Shown here piece after piece: positions 29,733-40,911 of a stretch of 64,000 bases of DNA. The stretch covers positions 25,025 through 89,024 of the forward strand of contig BTWA01000027.1 in the NCBI GenBank assembly GCA_045863295.1. The letters are read 5' to 3'. The position numbers were made by a program, and so were the translations under genes. This DNA is from Candidatus Hydrogenedentota bacterium (GTDB taxonomy: Bacteria; Hydrogenedentota; Hydrogenedentia; Hydrogenedentales; SLHB01). Position 1 is the stretch's first letter; each line of letters opens with the position of its first letter. Below the pieces are notes generated by a model that was not told the origin of the DNA, ran no database searches, and saw only the letters and a program-made list of their open reading frames with translations.

Positions 29733-32700
29733 TTACGAATCTTTTACTTTGGATTCCAGTGTTGCAATCAGTTCATTCAGGACACCGTGTGCGGCATCCG
29801 TATCGAAATTATCCAGTGTTTCGCCCAGCCGGTTCGACCATTCGTGAAGCGTCGTACCGGTAAGCACCCGCTTGAACTCAGCAAACTGCTCAACGGCCTG
29901 GGAGAGGTCGGAATCAAGTAGTCGACTGATATCCCCGGCTAGTTGCAGTGCGGCCGGAGCATCTAACTGCGCTGAGCGAACTTGATCGTCATCCTGTTTT
30001 GGCCGAAGCAACTCCAGACTTTGTACTACGACGGCGAGGTCGGTTTGGAATCGCTGGGCCGGTGCGGAGGAGAGATCATAGTCCCCTGATTTGAGCTGCG
30101 ATTCCAGCAACTGGCCGGATTCGTAGAGTTCGAGGGCACCCAGATTTCCTGCGACACCTTTCACGGAATGGGCCAAGCGAGCCGCAGCCTCATACTCGCT
30201 GCCCTGCAACAACCGCCCCAGATCCTCAAACGCCCCGGCGTACTTCCCTGCAAACTGCGTCAGCAGTTTGCGATACAGCGTCTCATTGCCTGCAACGCAC
30301 TTCAGCCCCGCCTCCATTGAGATTCCAGGTACGTCTCTCAGTTCCGGAAGACCGGGTGTGTGATCTACCGTTTGTTCAGGCGTGGGAAACGTATTAGCCA
30401 CTTCTACTTCAAAACTCGGCGCCCACTCCAACAAAGTTTCGTATAGTTGTGCCGGATCGATCGGTTTGGCAACATGGTCATTCATCCCCGCTTCCAGGCA
30501 CTTTTCCCTGTCGCCGGCCATGGCGTTGGCCGTCATGGCTATGATTGGAACTGTAATGTTCCCCAAATCTTCGCGGATCTTACGTGTTGCGGTGTATCCG
30601 TCCATGACCGGCATTTGACAATCCATCAGCACTAGCAGATATGGCTTTTCACGCACCATTGCAATGGCCTCTTCACCGTGATTCGCGATGTCGGCATGTA
30701 TTCCCACACTGGCAAGGATTTCCGTGGCAACTTGTTGGTTGATCTCGTTGTCTTCCACCAGCAGCACGCATGCACCTCGCAAGCGCGATTGGATCTCCGC
30801 TTCAAGTCCAGCATCCTTTCTCTCACGCCGGTGTCGGTTTGCATCGGGGCCAAGAATGGAAATGATTGTATCAAACAAGGTGCTCGGTGAGATTGGCTTC
30901 AGCAAGACGGCGTCGAGATTGTGATCTTCGGTCATTGAAGAAACCAATTCGCGTCCATAGGCGGTAACCAGGAATATAAATGGAATGTTTTTAAGTTGCG
31001 GATCGGTTTTGATGGTTTTCGCGGCTTCGACGCCGTCCATGCCGGGCAACTTCCAATCCATCAATATGAGGTCGAATGGATTTTCGCTACTCGCCCGTGA
31101 AATGGCCAAAAATGCATCCTCGGCACTTGCGGCGCAAACGACATCGTATCCGAATGAAGTCAATATCGACTCAAGAATTGTCCTGGAAGTCTCGTTGTCT
31201 TCAACCACGAGGACATGGAGGTTTTGAATCGTTTTGTCGGCTGGGAGAGTGCGTTCCCGTTTATTGCCTTTACCAAATGGCAAGGCAAATACAAACGAAC
31301 TTCCTTTACCCGGGACGCTGTGGGCTCTAATCGAACCGCCCATGAGTTCACACAGTCTCTGCGAGATGGTAAGTCCCAATCCCGTACCGCCGTATTTTCG
31401 CGTAGTTGAACTGTCCGCCTGTGTAAACGGAGTAAAGAGTCTGGCAAGTTGATCGGGCGTCATTCCAATTCCGCTGTCTCGAATCTGAAATTGCAGCAAC
31501 GCCGTTGCCTGCGTTTCCTCCAGAGTCTGCGCTGAAATGACAATTTCGCCTGCGTGCGTGAATTTCACCGCATTGGTACACAGGTTTACGAGCACCTGAT
31601 TGAGGCGCAAGGGGTCCCCCACCAAAAAGCGGGGTATGTCGGCGGGAAAGTCAAATAACACTTCTATATCGGGCTTATCGACGGCCTTTGCGGAGATAAT
31701 GCTGGAGAGATTGTCGAGTACCTCATCCAAGTCAAATTCCACATTCTCGACATCCAGTTTTCCGGCTTCGATTTTGGAGAAATCAAGAATGTCGTTGATA
31801 ATGCCCAAGAGGGCGTTTGCCGATGACTGAATTTTGCACAAATAGTCGGTTTGCTGATGGGTGAGCGTAGTCCTCAATGCCAGATGGGTTAAACCAATGA
31901 TGGCGTTCATGGGGGTTCGAATTTCATGGGACATCGTGGCCAGAAAATCGCTTTTCGCGCGCGTGGCTTCTTCTGCAATTCCTTTGGCATCGTTAAGTTC
32001 GGCGGTGCGCCTTTCTATACTGGCGGCCATGGAATTAAAGGCATTGGCCAACTCACGCATCTCGTCGGCTGCAGCAATTTCAATCCTTCGTGAATAATCC
32101 CCCTCTTTGATTGCACGAGATCCTTCTTCGAGCAGAGAAAGCGGGTGTACCACTCGGCGTTTCAGCAAGACGTAAGCATAGATGGAGGCTATGATGGCGA
32201 GTCCTGACAGGGCGGCAATGGACCACAGTATGGCCCAATTGCGCGAACGTACGCGGTTCAATTCATTGGTGGTTCGCAATTCAAGCAGGGTAAAGAACTC
32301 ATCGAGACTCCTCATTATCCGGGACTTGGCAGCCAGATATTCGTCACTATCCAAAATTCTTCGTGCACTCTCAAGATTGGGAGGTCCATTAACCGTGAAG
32401 TTGCCGTCAGAATCCCTAAACCGGCCTTTGACCGCGTTCATCGCCTCATCTTCCAATGAGACGAGACTATCGGATTCCCGCTTGGAGTTGGCGAGCTTAT
32501 TGCGTTCAGTTTCGGAAAGGGCAAGTTGTTCTATCCGGCTCTCGATACTGTAGGTCGGACCGCTGGCGTCAATAGGCACACCGCCGGCTATTACATAATC
32601 CCAATAGGAAGTTGTGAACTGTTTCGGATGAGGCTGTTTACCATCCCTGATTGCCACAATGGTTCGGAAATATTCTTCGAAGCGCGGGTCTCCAGTCCTT

Positions 32701-35639
32701 GCGTAGAACCGAGCCATTCGCGTCAGGTCGTCGGACGATTGCTTGAGTTCCAGCGCCAGTCGCAGGGAATCGTATTTCCGCTCTTCGATTTCGGATTGTT
32801 GCTTTGCGCCGTCTAGAACTATAGATACCAAGGCCCCTACAAAAACGGTTAGACCGGAGAATGCGATGGAGATCATCAAAAGTGTTTGCCGGATGGTAAA
32901 TTGTGTAGGCCGTCCGATCGCAATCCATGCAAATACCATGAGGGCGACAGCAAGCGCGAATCCAAGCGCCAGAATCTGAAAAAAGGCTGAACCGGTCGGT
33001 GCCGCGGGAAGCAATTGGACTGGTTCTTCCGCACCTCTAACCCACTTCTGGCGGATTGCGGACTTTTCCGATTCGGATATGGTTTCCATGACTTTATTCA
33101 AAACGGACAATAGTATTGGCGAGTCGTTGCGAACACCAAACCCCAGATCGAGTGAAAGGTCGGTAAATCCGATGACGGCAAGATTTGAGACGCCGTATTC
33201 GGACATGATGTACGCGACCGTTGGATACGTTTCTATGAGAGCGTCGACTTTACCTTCTGCGAGGAATCGGACACCTTCCCGGACGGTGTCCACTTCGACA
33301 TAGTCCAAGGACGGAAATTGATCGCGAAACGGCACGATGTAGCCATAGTTTTTCACGACGGCGACCCGCTTTCGTTTCAGCTCATGGGGCGTGGACACTC
33401 CCGGTGTGCCCTGTCGCGCAAATACAACGACGGGGAATTTGATATAAGGCTGCGTAAATGTCAGCTCTTTGCGTTCGGAGTTGGTTGTCTCCGAGAGCAT
33501 ATCGACATTTCCTGTTTCGGCCAAATGCACGGCGTCCGTCCAGGCTGTAACAGGAATACGTTCGAATCGAACTCCAAGCCGTTGCTCAAATAGATCAAGC
33601 ATGTCGGCCACAATCCCGATATAGTTTCCTTCTGGCGTAAATGACTCTTGGGGCATCCAGTCTGGATCGCCCGTAAATCGAATTGTTGGATGTTCCCTCA
33701 ACCAGGCTTTTTCGTCGTTGGTGAGGGAGTTCCAAAGCAACTCCTTGGCTCCAACCTGACTCTGGGAACCGGTCACCATCCACGGCTTGGCAAGGGCCTG
33801 AGTCTCTTCTTGCGAAATGGATCCGATACCTTTGTCGAGAATTCGGGCCAAAATCGTATCTTCGTGCCTGACGCCCATGCGGATTTTGGCATGTTCCTCA
33901 TCATCAATTCCGGGGTCTCCAGTGATGCGTAAACCCGCTAGGAAGTTCTTTTGCATGGTGTAACGCAAGACTTCCCTGTTTCCGATAAAGGCGTCGGCCT
34001 GCTGATCAAGGACTGCCGTCATTCCATCGAGGAAAGATGGAACAAGCACAAGTGCTATATTGGGATAGTCCCTTCGGACGATTTCCTCGTAATAATACCC
34101 CTGCACCACGGCCAGACGCTTTCCATTGAGGTCGGATACATGGTTAATAGGCGGATAGTTTTCCCGGACGATTGTTGCCGATGGATTGTCGAAATACGGG
34201 CGGGAAAACGTCATAAATGATTTTCTGCCGGCCGTCTCGGATACCGTGGGCATGATGTCCACATCTCCACGCCTGAACATGGCCATTAGCCCTTCCCATG
34301 TGTGGCCGTATACGGGATTAAATCGTAAACCGATCTTGGTGCCGAGGGCGTGGAGGTAGTCCACCACAAAGCCTCTGGGTTCGCCATTTTCAACAAAGCA
34401 GAATGGTGGCCAATCCATTTCGATGGCCACATTCAGAACGGGGTGAGCACGAATCCAATCCATTTCTTCTGTCGTCAAAGGGACTGCCGGTTCCAAAGTG
34501 CCGGCATAGACGAATCCGGGTAGATCCTTTCCTCCTTCCAAGAAACCCAATTTTGCATAGGTGTCGGCGATGATTCGTTGTCGGGCGGGAAGGAGCGAGC
34601 CCAGGGCAACAAATTCGCGGGAAATCGCGACCGAGGTCATTTGCGCCTCGTATTCCAGTTTTTCTCGAGTCAATTCGCGCGTATTGTATTTGCTAAGGAT
34701 TAGGTCGATTACTTCGTCCGGATGGTCCAATGCGTAGTTCCATCCCCGCATAGTGGCTCGAATCATCTTCGGCACTCGTTGCGGATTGCGTGCGATCTCG
34801 GACTCCGTTGTGAACAGATTGTCACCGTAGAAATCCACACCGTAGCTCTGCGGATTGATGATATTTATGTCAATGCCCCTCTGTCGGAAATCGAACGGTT
34901 CGTTTGTGATGTAACCGTCGAGAACATCGACTTTGCCATTGATCAGGTCGTCTAACGTGAACGATTGGGGAATGTAGGAAATATTCGGGGTTCTGCCATG
35001 CGTGGCCATGATGGCTGCAAGCAGGGGCGCCTCATCGTGGGACCCGACATCCATCATGACGCGTTTGCCGTCCATTTCGAATGGACTTGTAATTCCACTT
35101 TCTCTTAGCGAAATGAAGACATGGGGTGAATGCTGAAAGATCTGCGTCAGCAACACGACAGGCATTCCCTTGGCTCTGTCAACGTACAAACCGGCATCAC
35201 CCACGCCGTATTCAGCCTTGCCGCCGGTCACAGCCTGTACCGGATTTGAAGTTGTATCTCGTTCCACCAAGAGAACGTCCAAACCTTCCTCGGCATAAAA
35301 CCCTTTTTCCACCGCCGCGTAGTACCCTGCAAACTGAAACTGGTTAAACCACTTGAGTTGAAGGCGAACCGTTTCCATATCTTCCGCGGAGCCCAATTGG
35401 TATTCAGGGAGCGCAGCAAGAATAAGAAGCAGGATGGCCCAATGGCGTACGACGGAAACTAACGCAATGGAAAAGCCGCGTCGGCACCCCGAGAGTGGCA
35501 TGCAATCCGAGTTGAGGAGGGAATTGCCATTTCGAATTTGAGTGGACAATTCTTGAAACGTCAAAACAACTACCTTCCTGCCCGAGGCTTGTTTGGACGC
35601 TGCTACGATCATTGCGTGCGCAAACCTAGCGCCAGTCAC
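29733..35639 (-). CDS. Large hybrid histidine kinase: NMT1/THI5-like + two amino-acid-type PBP domains, TM, sensor, HAMP, HisKA, HATPase, 2 REC, HPt
   Basis: [29 protein letters not shown] repeats, [17 protein letters not shown], two REC domains, [12 protein letters not shown]; start uncertain. Confidence 0.9.
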   Translation of the reverse strand: MTGARFAHAMIVAASKQASGRKVVVLTFQELSTQIRNGNSLLNSDCMPLSGCRRGFSIALVSVVRHWAILLLILAALPEYQLGSAEDMETVRLQLKWFNQFQFAGYYAAVEKGFYAEEGLDVLLVERDTTSNPVQAVTGGKAEYGVGDAGLYVDRAKGMPVVLLTQIFQHSPHVFISLRESGITSPFEMDGKRVMMDVGSHDEAPLLAAIMATHGRTPNISYIPQSFTLDDLINGKVDVLDGYITNEPFDFRQRGIDINIINPQSYGVDFYGDNLFTTESEIARNPQRVPKMIRATMRGWNYALDHPDEVIDLILSKYNTRELTREKLEYEAQMTSVAISREFVALGSLLPARQRIIADTYAKLGFLEGGKDLPGFVYAGTLEPAVPLTTEEMDWIRAHPVLNVAIEMDWPPFCFVENGEPRGFVVDYLHALGTKIGLRFNPVYGHTWEGLMAMFRRGDVDIMPTVSETAGRKSFMTFSRPYFDNPSATIVRENYPPINHVSDLNGKRLAVVQGYYYEEIVRRDYPNIALVLVPSFLDGMTAVLDQQADAFIGNREVLRYTMQKNFLAGLRITGDPGIDDEEHAKIRMGVRHEDTILARILDKGIGSISQEETQALAKPWMVTGSQSQVGAKELLWNSLTNDEKAWLREHPTIRFTGDPDWMPQESFTPEGNYIGIVADMLDLFEQRLGVRFERIPVTAWTDAVHLAETGNVDMLSETTNSERKELTFTQPYIKFPVVVFARQGTPGVSTPHELKRKRVAVVKNYGYIVPFRDQFPSLDYVEVDTVREGVRFLAEGKVDALIETYPTVAYIMSEYGVSNLAVIGFTDLSLDLGFGVRNDSPILLSVLNKVMETISESEKSAIRQKWVRGAEEPVQLLPAAPTGSAFFQILALGFALAVALMVFAWIAIGRPTQFTIRQTLLMISIAFSGLTVFVGALVSIVLDGAKQQSEIEERKYDSLRLALELKQSSDDLTRMARFYARTGDPRFEEYFRTIVAIRDGKQPHPKQFTTSYWDYVIAGGVPIDASGPTYSIESRIEQLALSETERNKLANSKRESDSLVSLEDEAMNAVKGRFRDSDGNFTVNGPPNLESARRILDSDEYLAAKSRIMRSLDEFFTLLELRTTNELNRVRSRNWAILWSIAALSGLAIIASIYAYVLLKRRVVHPLSLLEEGSRAIKEGDYSRRIEIAAADEMRELANAFNSMAASIERRTAELNDAKGIAEEATRAKSDFLATMSHEIRTPMNAIIGLTHLALRTTLTHQQTDYLCKIQSSANALLGIINDILDFSKIEAGKLDVENVEFDLDEVLDNLSSIISAKAVDKPDIEVLFDFPADIPRFLVGDPLRLNQVLVNLCTNAVKFTHAGEIVISAQTLEETQATALLQFQIRDSGIGMTPDQLARLFTPFTQADSSTTRKYGGTGLGLTISQRLCELMGGSIRAHSVPGKGSSFVFALPFGKGNKRERTLPADKTIQNLHVLVVEDNETSRTILESILTSFGYDVVCAASAEDAFLAISRASSENPFDLILMDWKLPGMDGVEAAKTIKTDPQLKNIPFIFLVTAYGRELVSSMTEDHNLDAVLLKPISPSTLFDTIISILGPDANRHRRERKDAGLEAEIQSRLRGACVLLVEDNEINQQVATEILASVGIHADIANHGEEAIAMVREKPYLLVLMDCQMPVMDGYTATRKIREDLGNITVPIIAMTANAMAGDREKCLEAGMNDHVAKPIDPAQLYETLLEWAPSFEVEVANTFPTPEQTVDHTPGLPELRDVPGISMEAGLKCVAGNETLYRKLLTQFAGKYAGAFEDLGRLLQGSEYEAAARLAHSVKGVAGNLGALELYESGQLLESQLKSGDYDLSSAPAQRFQTDLAVVVQSLELLRPKQDDDQVRSAQLDAPAALQLAGDISRLLDSDLSQAVEQFAEFKRVLTGTTLHEWSNRLGETLDNFDTDAAHGVLNELIATLESKVKDS

Positions 35640-35825
35640 ATCTTAGCCCAATCCTACTCAGATTGAAATGCTATGTTTGCGGGGGATCCTCCAATATTCA
35701 TCCAATAGGAGGTGAACCGATCCGTGCTCAGGGGGTTAAGATGCCATGGCTGCCATGAACCTAGCCAGCGCGTGTAATGTTGCTGTACCTTGCGAGGCTT
35801 GGATTTTGCCTTGGCTAGAAAACTG

Positions 35826-35854
35826 TTGACAGAATTGCTCATCTCCGGTAAAAT
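35826..35854 (+). promoter_or_regulatory. Near-consensus sigma70 promoter
   Basis: TTGACA-17 bp-TAAAAT. Confidence 0.8.
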
Positions 35855-35918
35855 ATACTCGTGGGTCAAAGGACGCTCGGCTCTTTTACTTGAGCCAGTT
35901 ATGAGGAGAATGCAACCC

Positions 35919-36113
35919 GTGAAGCACTGCAAACGCATTACCAAATCCCTGCCAATTGTGGCGGCTCCGTGGGCGGAATTCGTATGCCGGGTGTCGACCA
36001 TTTGGTTCGATATCCTGTCGACCAAGCAGGGCTCAATTCCATTTTTGACCTACATCGACGAAAAGTGCCAGCCGAGCGAAGATTTGGAAGGTCAAAACAA
36101 TACCGGCGGATAA
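35919..36113 (+). CDS. Small 64-aa protein with MKH leader (MKHCKRITKSLPIVAAPWAEFVC...DEKCQPSEDLEGQNNTGG)
   Basis: GAGGAG RBS at 35903-08, GTG start, own promoter and terminator. Confidence 0.7.
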   Translation: MKHCKRITKSLPIVAAPWAEFVCRVSTIWFDILSTKQGSIPFLTYIDEKCQPSEDLEGQNNTGG

Positions 36114-36144
36114 TCCTCCTTCGAGAACTGGACAAAATCAATCC

Positions 36145-36179
36145 GGGCACATGCAGGGGATCCTGTTTGTGCCTTTTTT
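36145..36179 (+). terminator. Intrinsic terminator after the small ORF
   Basis: GGCACA-GCAGG / CCTGT-TGTGCC stem followed by TTTTTT. Confidence 0.75.
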
Positions 36180-36362
36180 ATTTGACCCAGTTCAATTTAG
36201 GTTCTCTCTTGCCATGCAGTGGCGCCTCATCACCGTTCGTGACACGTTGCAAAGGCATACATGAATACATAAGGCGAAAGTCCCGAAAAGCGGGACTTAA
36301 TCTGGCGGACCTGAACGGTCGGTCACGAGGCCTAGGATGATTTTCCAGGCGGGAGCGATATA

Positions 36363-36572
36363 ATGGGAGAATCCCTAAATCAGTCCGGTGCTGGTGAAGT
36401 GACCTGTTCATTTTGTGGCAGAGCCATGCGGCCGTCAAACGGAAACCGCTGGACCGCAACCGTGGCATTTGAGTGCCCGCCCTGTGAAAACTATCGGTTG
36501 GTAGTACGGTCAGGGCGCGAGTTTCCACCTATGATTGGCTTGCTTTACCCGCAATACATGCCGTCCCGATAG
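36363..36572 (+). CDS. Small putative zinc-ribbon protein (69 aa)
   Basis: CSFC...CPPC pair; GGGAG before ATG. Confidence 0.45.
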   Translation: MGESLNQSGAGEVTCSFCGRAMRPSNGNRWTATVAFECPPCENYRLVVRSGREFPPMIGLLYPQYMPSR

Positions 36573-36710
36573 TCGAATTCCCTTCCACCAAACGTCAACC
36601 ATGCGGCATTTGAAGCGTCTCAATTTCAGGTGCTATACTTTTCCAACGTATTCGTTGACAACAGCTTGCAGCGGCCAATTCGCTTCAAAGCGGCGATAGA
36701 ATGGGCATCC

Positions 36711-37220
36711 TTGCGTGCATACTTGAGTCTTGGCAGCAACCTTGGTGACAAGACCGCCAATCTGGTCTTGGGTATTCGAGGCATCGCGGCATTGCAGGGA
36801 GTACGTTTGAACCGCGTATCCAGTTTTTACAAGACAAGGCCTTGGGGATACATCGAGCAGCCTTCTTTTGTCAATGCGGCGGCCGCGGTTACGACCGACC
36901 TAGACCCCGTTGCGTTACTGGATGACCTCCAGGCCGTCGAACGCGGGCTTGGACGTGTACCGGGTACGCGCTGGTCGTCCAGGGTGTTTGATGCGGATAT
37001 CGTACTTATGGACGAGTTGCAGGTGGAGTCAGAGAGGTTGTGTATTCCGCACCGGCTCTTCCGGGAGCGCGCATTCGTACTGATTCCACTCGCCGAGATT
37101 GCAGCTGAAGTTGTAGACCCGGTATCTGGAAGGGCGATTGGCGAATTAGCCGGGCTTTTCGGGAACGATGCTGGTTTGGTTAAGATTGGTACTTACGAAG
37201 ATTTTGCACTAAAGGTGTAG
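36711..37220 (+). CDS. folK: 2-amino-4-hydroxy-6-hydroxymethyldihydropteridine pyrophosphokinase
   Basis: AYLSLGSNLG, QPSFVNAA, IPH..RAFVLIPL; start uncertain. Confidence 0.9.
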   Translation: MRAYLSLGSNLGDKTANLVLGIRGIAALQGVRLNRVSSFYKTRPWGYIEQPSFVNAAAAVTTDLDPVALLDDLQAVERGLGRVPGTRWSSRVFDADIVLMDELQVESERLCIPHRLFRERAFVLIPLAEIAAEVVDPVSGRAIGELAGLFGNDAGLVKIGTYEDFALKV

Positions 37221-37291
37221 CCTGCTGAACCGCTCCGCTTGGAGCCCAACAGGGACCGGGACGGGTTACGTCACGGTTCAGGAGCTGCCGG

Positions 37292-38089
37292 ATGAAACGT
37301 ATTACCGCGGTCACTATTAGGGACCGCAAGCCCGCCGGCGAAAAGATTGCCGTATTGACCGCATACGATTTTCCCTCCGCGCGGATCATGGATGAGGCCG
37401 GCATCGACATCATACTGGTTGGCGATTCGTGTGGCATGGCGGTGATGGGGAAATCCAGTACGCTTGGCGTGACCATGGAACACATGGTCTACCACACTGA
37501 ACTGGTTTCTCGAGCAGTACAGCGTGCCCTCGTGGTGGCGGATTTGCCGTTCATGGCGTATCAAGTAACTGCCGAAGACGCCGTCCGCAATGCTGGCCGT
37601 TTGGTCGCGGAAGGGGGGGCGCAGGCGGTCAAGCTGGAAGGCCCGGCCCGGTTGTATGGCAGTGCGGTCCAGCGAATCGTGGAGGCGGGTATTCCGGTCA
37701 TGGGACACCTTGGACTGACGCCACAGTCCATCAATCGGTTCGGTGGGTTCAAGGTGCAAGGCCGCGAGGCCGATGCCGCGGATCAGATGGTTGCAGATGC
37801 CAAAGCGCTGGAGAAGTCGGGGTGTTTCTCTCTAGTCTTGGAATGCATTCCCCGTGATCTGTCGAAACGGATTACGGAGGCCGTGGCGATTCCGACCATT
37901 GGAATTGGCGCGGGTGGGGGGTGCGACGGGCAAGTGCTGGTTATGCACGACTTGCTGGGACTGGGCATGTATACGAAATTTTCAAAGGTATATGCCGACG
38001 TGAAAACGATTATGCACGATGCATTCGCAGCCTACGCACATGATGTTAAGAACGGAACATTCCCGGGCGAGGAACAGAGTTTTCAATGA
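37292..38089 (+). CDS. panB: 3-methyl-2-oxobutanoate hydroxymethyltransferase
   Basis: LTAYD, LVGDS, VKLEG, GHLGLTPQS. Confidence 0.96.
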   Translation: MKRITAVTIRDRKPAGEKIAVLTAYDFPSARIMDEAGIDIILVGDSCGMAVMGKSSTLGVTMEHMVYHTELVSRAVQRALVVADLPFMAYQVTAEDAVRNAGRLVAEGGAQAVKLEGPARLYGSAVQRIVEAGIPVMGHLGLTPQSINRFGGFKVQGREADAADQMVADAKALEKSGCFSLVLECIPRDLSKRITEAVAIPTIGIGAGGGCDGQVLVMHDLLGLGMYTKFSKVYADVKTIMHDAFAAYAHDVKNGTFPGEEQSFQ

Positions 38090-38961
38090 GTGGTTTGCAA
38101 ACACTTGAGACTGCCGAGGCGACTCGCGCCTGGGCGATTCAGCAGCGTTGTGCAGGCAAGTCGATTGGATTCGTGCCTACGATGGGGGCGCTTCACGAAG
38201 GGCACGGCAGTCTCATCCGGGCGAGCGTTGCGAACAATGATGTGACCATCGTGAGCATATTCGTCAATCCGGCACAATTTGGCCCCAACGAAGACCTGGC
38301 GAAATATCCAAGGACGTTCGACGCGGACCGGTCGCTTTGCGAAGAGCTTGGCGCCGATGCCATTTACGCCCCGCGCTCGGCGTCGATGTATGCGGCGAAC
38401 CACGCGACCTTTGTAAATGTTGAGCGATTGAGTACGCATTTGTGCGGCGCCTCGCGGCCTGTCTTCTTCCGGGGCATAGCCACTGTAGTAACGAAACTGT
38501 TCAATGTTGTTTCACCGGATCGCGCCTATTTCGGCCTCAAAGACGCGCAGCAGTGTGCCGTCATCAAGCGGATGGTGCGCGATTTGGACTATTCTATCGA
38601 GATAGTCGAAATGCCCATTGTACGCGAGCCGGATGGCTTAGCCATGAGTTCTCGCAATGCGTATCTTTCGTCAAGGGATCGCGAGCGTGCGCTGTGCCTT
38701 TCAAAGTCATTGATCGAGGCTTCGAACCTGTTTGCCGAAGGCGAGCGCGATGCCAACAACATCAAGCGGTTCGTTCGTGAGCAATTGAGTGGCGTGGATA
38801 TCGACTATGTGGAAGTGGTGGATGCATGCGAAATCCAGCCGGTTGATCGCATTGAGGGCAAGGTTATTTTAGCCGTTGGTGCGTGGCTTAACCAGACCCG
38901 GCTAATTGACAATATACACTTGGATCCGGACAGCAAAGTCAATTCGACCGCAAACTCCTGA
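38086..38961 (+). CDS. panC: Pantoate-beta-alanine ligase
   Basis: VPTMGALHEGH, FVNPAQF, GLAMSSRN, RLIDN. Confidence 0.96.
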   Translation: MSGLQTLETAEATRAWAIQQRCAGKSIGFVPTMGALHEGHGSLIRASVANNDVTIVSIFVNPAQFGPNEDLAKYPRTFDADRSLCEELGADAIYAPRSASMYAANHATFVNVERLSTHLCGASRPVFFRGIATVVTKLFNVVSPDRAYFGLKDAQQCAVIKRMVRDLDYSIEIVEMPIVREPDGLAMSSRNAYLSSRDRERALCLSKSLIEASNLFAEGERDANNIKRFVREQLSGVDIDYVEVVDACEIQPVDRIEGKVILAVGAWLNQTRLIDNIHLDPDSKVNSTANS

Positions 38962-39000
38962 AGCGGCGGACATGGCTAAGACGAGAGGGAAGTCAACGAG

Positions 39001-39375
39001 ATGATGTTGAATATGCTGAAGAGCAAGGTACACCGGGCGACGGTGACCGAAGCCGATTTGAACTATGTCGGTAGTCTGACATTGGATATCGATCTTATGG
39101 AGGCAGCCGGCATGCTTCCGTTCGAGCGGGTCCAGGTGCTAAACCTCAACACAGGAAGCCGCCTCGAAACGTACATAATTGAAGGAGAGCGCGGCAGCGG
39201 CATCGTCTGTCTAAACGGCCCCGCGGCACGGCATGGCGCCAAAGGGGACATTGTAATCGCGCTGACGTACGCTTGGATGGACGCCGAAGAGGCCAAGTCA
39301 TGGCATGCGACGACCGTGCATGTGGACGCGCAGAACCGCATCACGTCAGTGCAGACCGGCGAAGAGCCGGATTGA
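39001..39375 (+). CDS. panD: Aspartate 1-decarboxylase
   Basis: KSKVHRATVT, YVGSLT self-cleavage site, LNGPAA. Confidence 0.96.
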   Translation: MMLNMLKSKVHRATVTEADLNYVGSLTLDIDLMEAAGMLPFERVQVLNLNTGSRLETYIIEGERGSGIVCLNGPAARHGAKGDIVIALTYAWMDAEEAKSWHATTVHVDAQNRITSVQTGEEPD

Positions 39376-39432
39376 CAGGAGCTGCACTGGATCGCAATGG
39401 CAACCGCATCACGATCAGGAATTGAGCTGAAC

Positions 39433-40911
39433 ATGTCTGAAATTCGCGTACGTATCGCCCCGAGTCCTTCCGGCTTTTTGCACATTGGGACCGCCAAAAT
39501 GGCGTTGTTCAACTGGTTGTTTGCCCGAAAGCACGGAGGCACGTTCATCCTTCGACTTGAAGACACGGATGCATCGCGTACCGAGGAAGAATTTGTCGAA
39601 GCCATGTGCGAGGGCTTTCACTGGCTTGGTATCGAATGGGACGAGGGTCCTGCATTTGGTGATGTACCGGAGAAAGGGCAATTGGGCCCCTACCGGCAAT
39701 CCCAGCGGAAGGCGTTACACGTGGCCGAGGCGCAGCGATTAATCGCGGAAGGGAAGGCCTACAAGTGTTTTTGCACGAAGGAGGAATTGGACGCGGCACG
39801 GGAGCGTGCCATGCAGGAAAAGCGGGCTCCGCGTTACAGCGGCAAATGCCGATCCCTCACGGCGGAGGAAACGGCTGCCAAAGGTGACTTGCCGTTCGCT
39901 GTTCGATTCAAAGTGCCCGATGGGGAAACCACCGTCGACGACATGGTGCAAGGACCGGTTACCACGAAAAATGTGGAGATAGACGATTTTATTATCGTGA
40001 AACCGAATGGCGACCCTGTTTTTCATCTGGCTGTCGTTGCAGATGACGGGCTGATGAAGATAACGCATATCATTCGTGGCGACGACCATCTAACCAATGC
40101 GGCCCGTCATGTCATGTTGTTTCATGCATTGGGATATCCGCTGCCCCGATTCGCGCACCTGCCCATGGTGCTGGACGAGCGTGGGAAGAAGTACAGCAAG
40201 CGGGACCGTGGCGCGAATGTCCTGGATTGGCGTGATGACGGTTATCTTCCCGAGACCATGATCAACTACGTAGCGCTGTTGGGTTGGACTCCCGAGGAAG
40301 AGGGCCGGGAGTTGTTTACACGAGAGGAATTAGTAGACGCATTTACCGAGAAGCGCCTCGGAAAATCGGCTGCGAAATTTGATTTGAAAAAGTTGCAGTG
40401 GCTCAACGGCCAGCACATACGACGGCTTTCCGCCGACGATTTGCGCGATCGCGTTGTGCCAATCCTGCGCAATGCTGGCTTCGACACGGGTGTGAAATCC
40501 CAACAATGGCTGACACGGATGGCTTCCATCTGCCAGGAAAAGATTCCAACACTGAATGACATCGTGACGTACACGGATTTCTTCTTTAGCCCGCCCGGCG
40601 AATACGAGGAAAAAGCGGTCAGAAAGCAATGGTCGCAGGAAGACAGCATGACGCGAATGGGAGAGATACGCGCTATGATCGCCGAGGTCAATCCCTGGAC
40701 GCATGAGGCGATAAAAGCTCAATTCGAAGGGAAGGTCTCTGAGACCGGAGTGAGTCTCGGGTTGTATGTGCATCCAACCCGGCTCGCACTTACGGGAAAA
40801 AGTGTAGGTCCGGGTCTGTTCGAGTTGACCGAACTGCTGGGACGTGAAGAATGCCTCTCCCGCATTGACCGGGCGTTGGCATATATCGGGACAATGGGGG
40901 GAGTCTCATGA
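39433..40911 (+). CDS. gltX: Glutamate--tRNA ligase
   Basis: RIAPSPSGFLHIG, LRLEDTD, IIRGDDH, KYSKR. Confidence 0.94.
   Translation: MSEIRVRIAPSPSGFLHIGTAKMALFNWLFARKHGGTFILRLEDTDASRTEEEFVEAMCEGFHWLGIEWDEGPAFGDVPEKGQLGPYRQSQRKALHVAEAQRLIAEGKAYKCFCTKEELDAARERAMQEKRAPRYSGKCRSLTAEETAAKGDLPFAVRFKVPDGETTVDDMVQGPVTTKNVEIDDFIIVKPNGDPVFHLAVVADDGLMKITHIIRGDDHLTNAARHVMLFHALGYPLPRFAHLPMVLDERGKKYSKRDRGANVLDWRDDGYLPETMINYVALLGWTPEEEGRELFTREELVDAFTEKRLGKSAAKFDLKKLQWLNGQHIRRLSADDLRDRVVPILRNAGFDTGVKSQQWLTRMASICQEKIPTLNDIVTYTDFFFSPPGEYEEKAVRKQWSQEDSMTRMGEIRAMIAEVNPWTHEAIKAQFEGKVSETGVSLGLYVHPTRLALTGKSVGPGLFELTELLGREECLSRIDRALAYIGTMGGVS

Noticed and set aside
36270..36335. Loose resemblance to a c-di-GMP-I riboswitch
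   Set aside because: The conserved GGCAAA, GNRA loop and GCAAAGC elements are not properly matched
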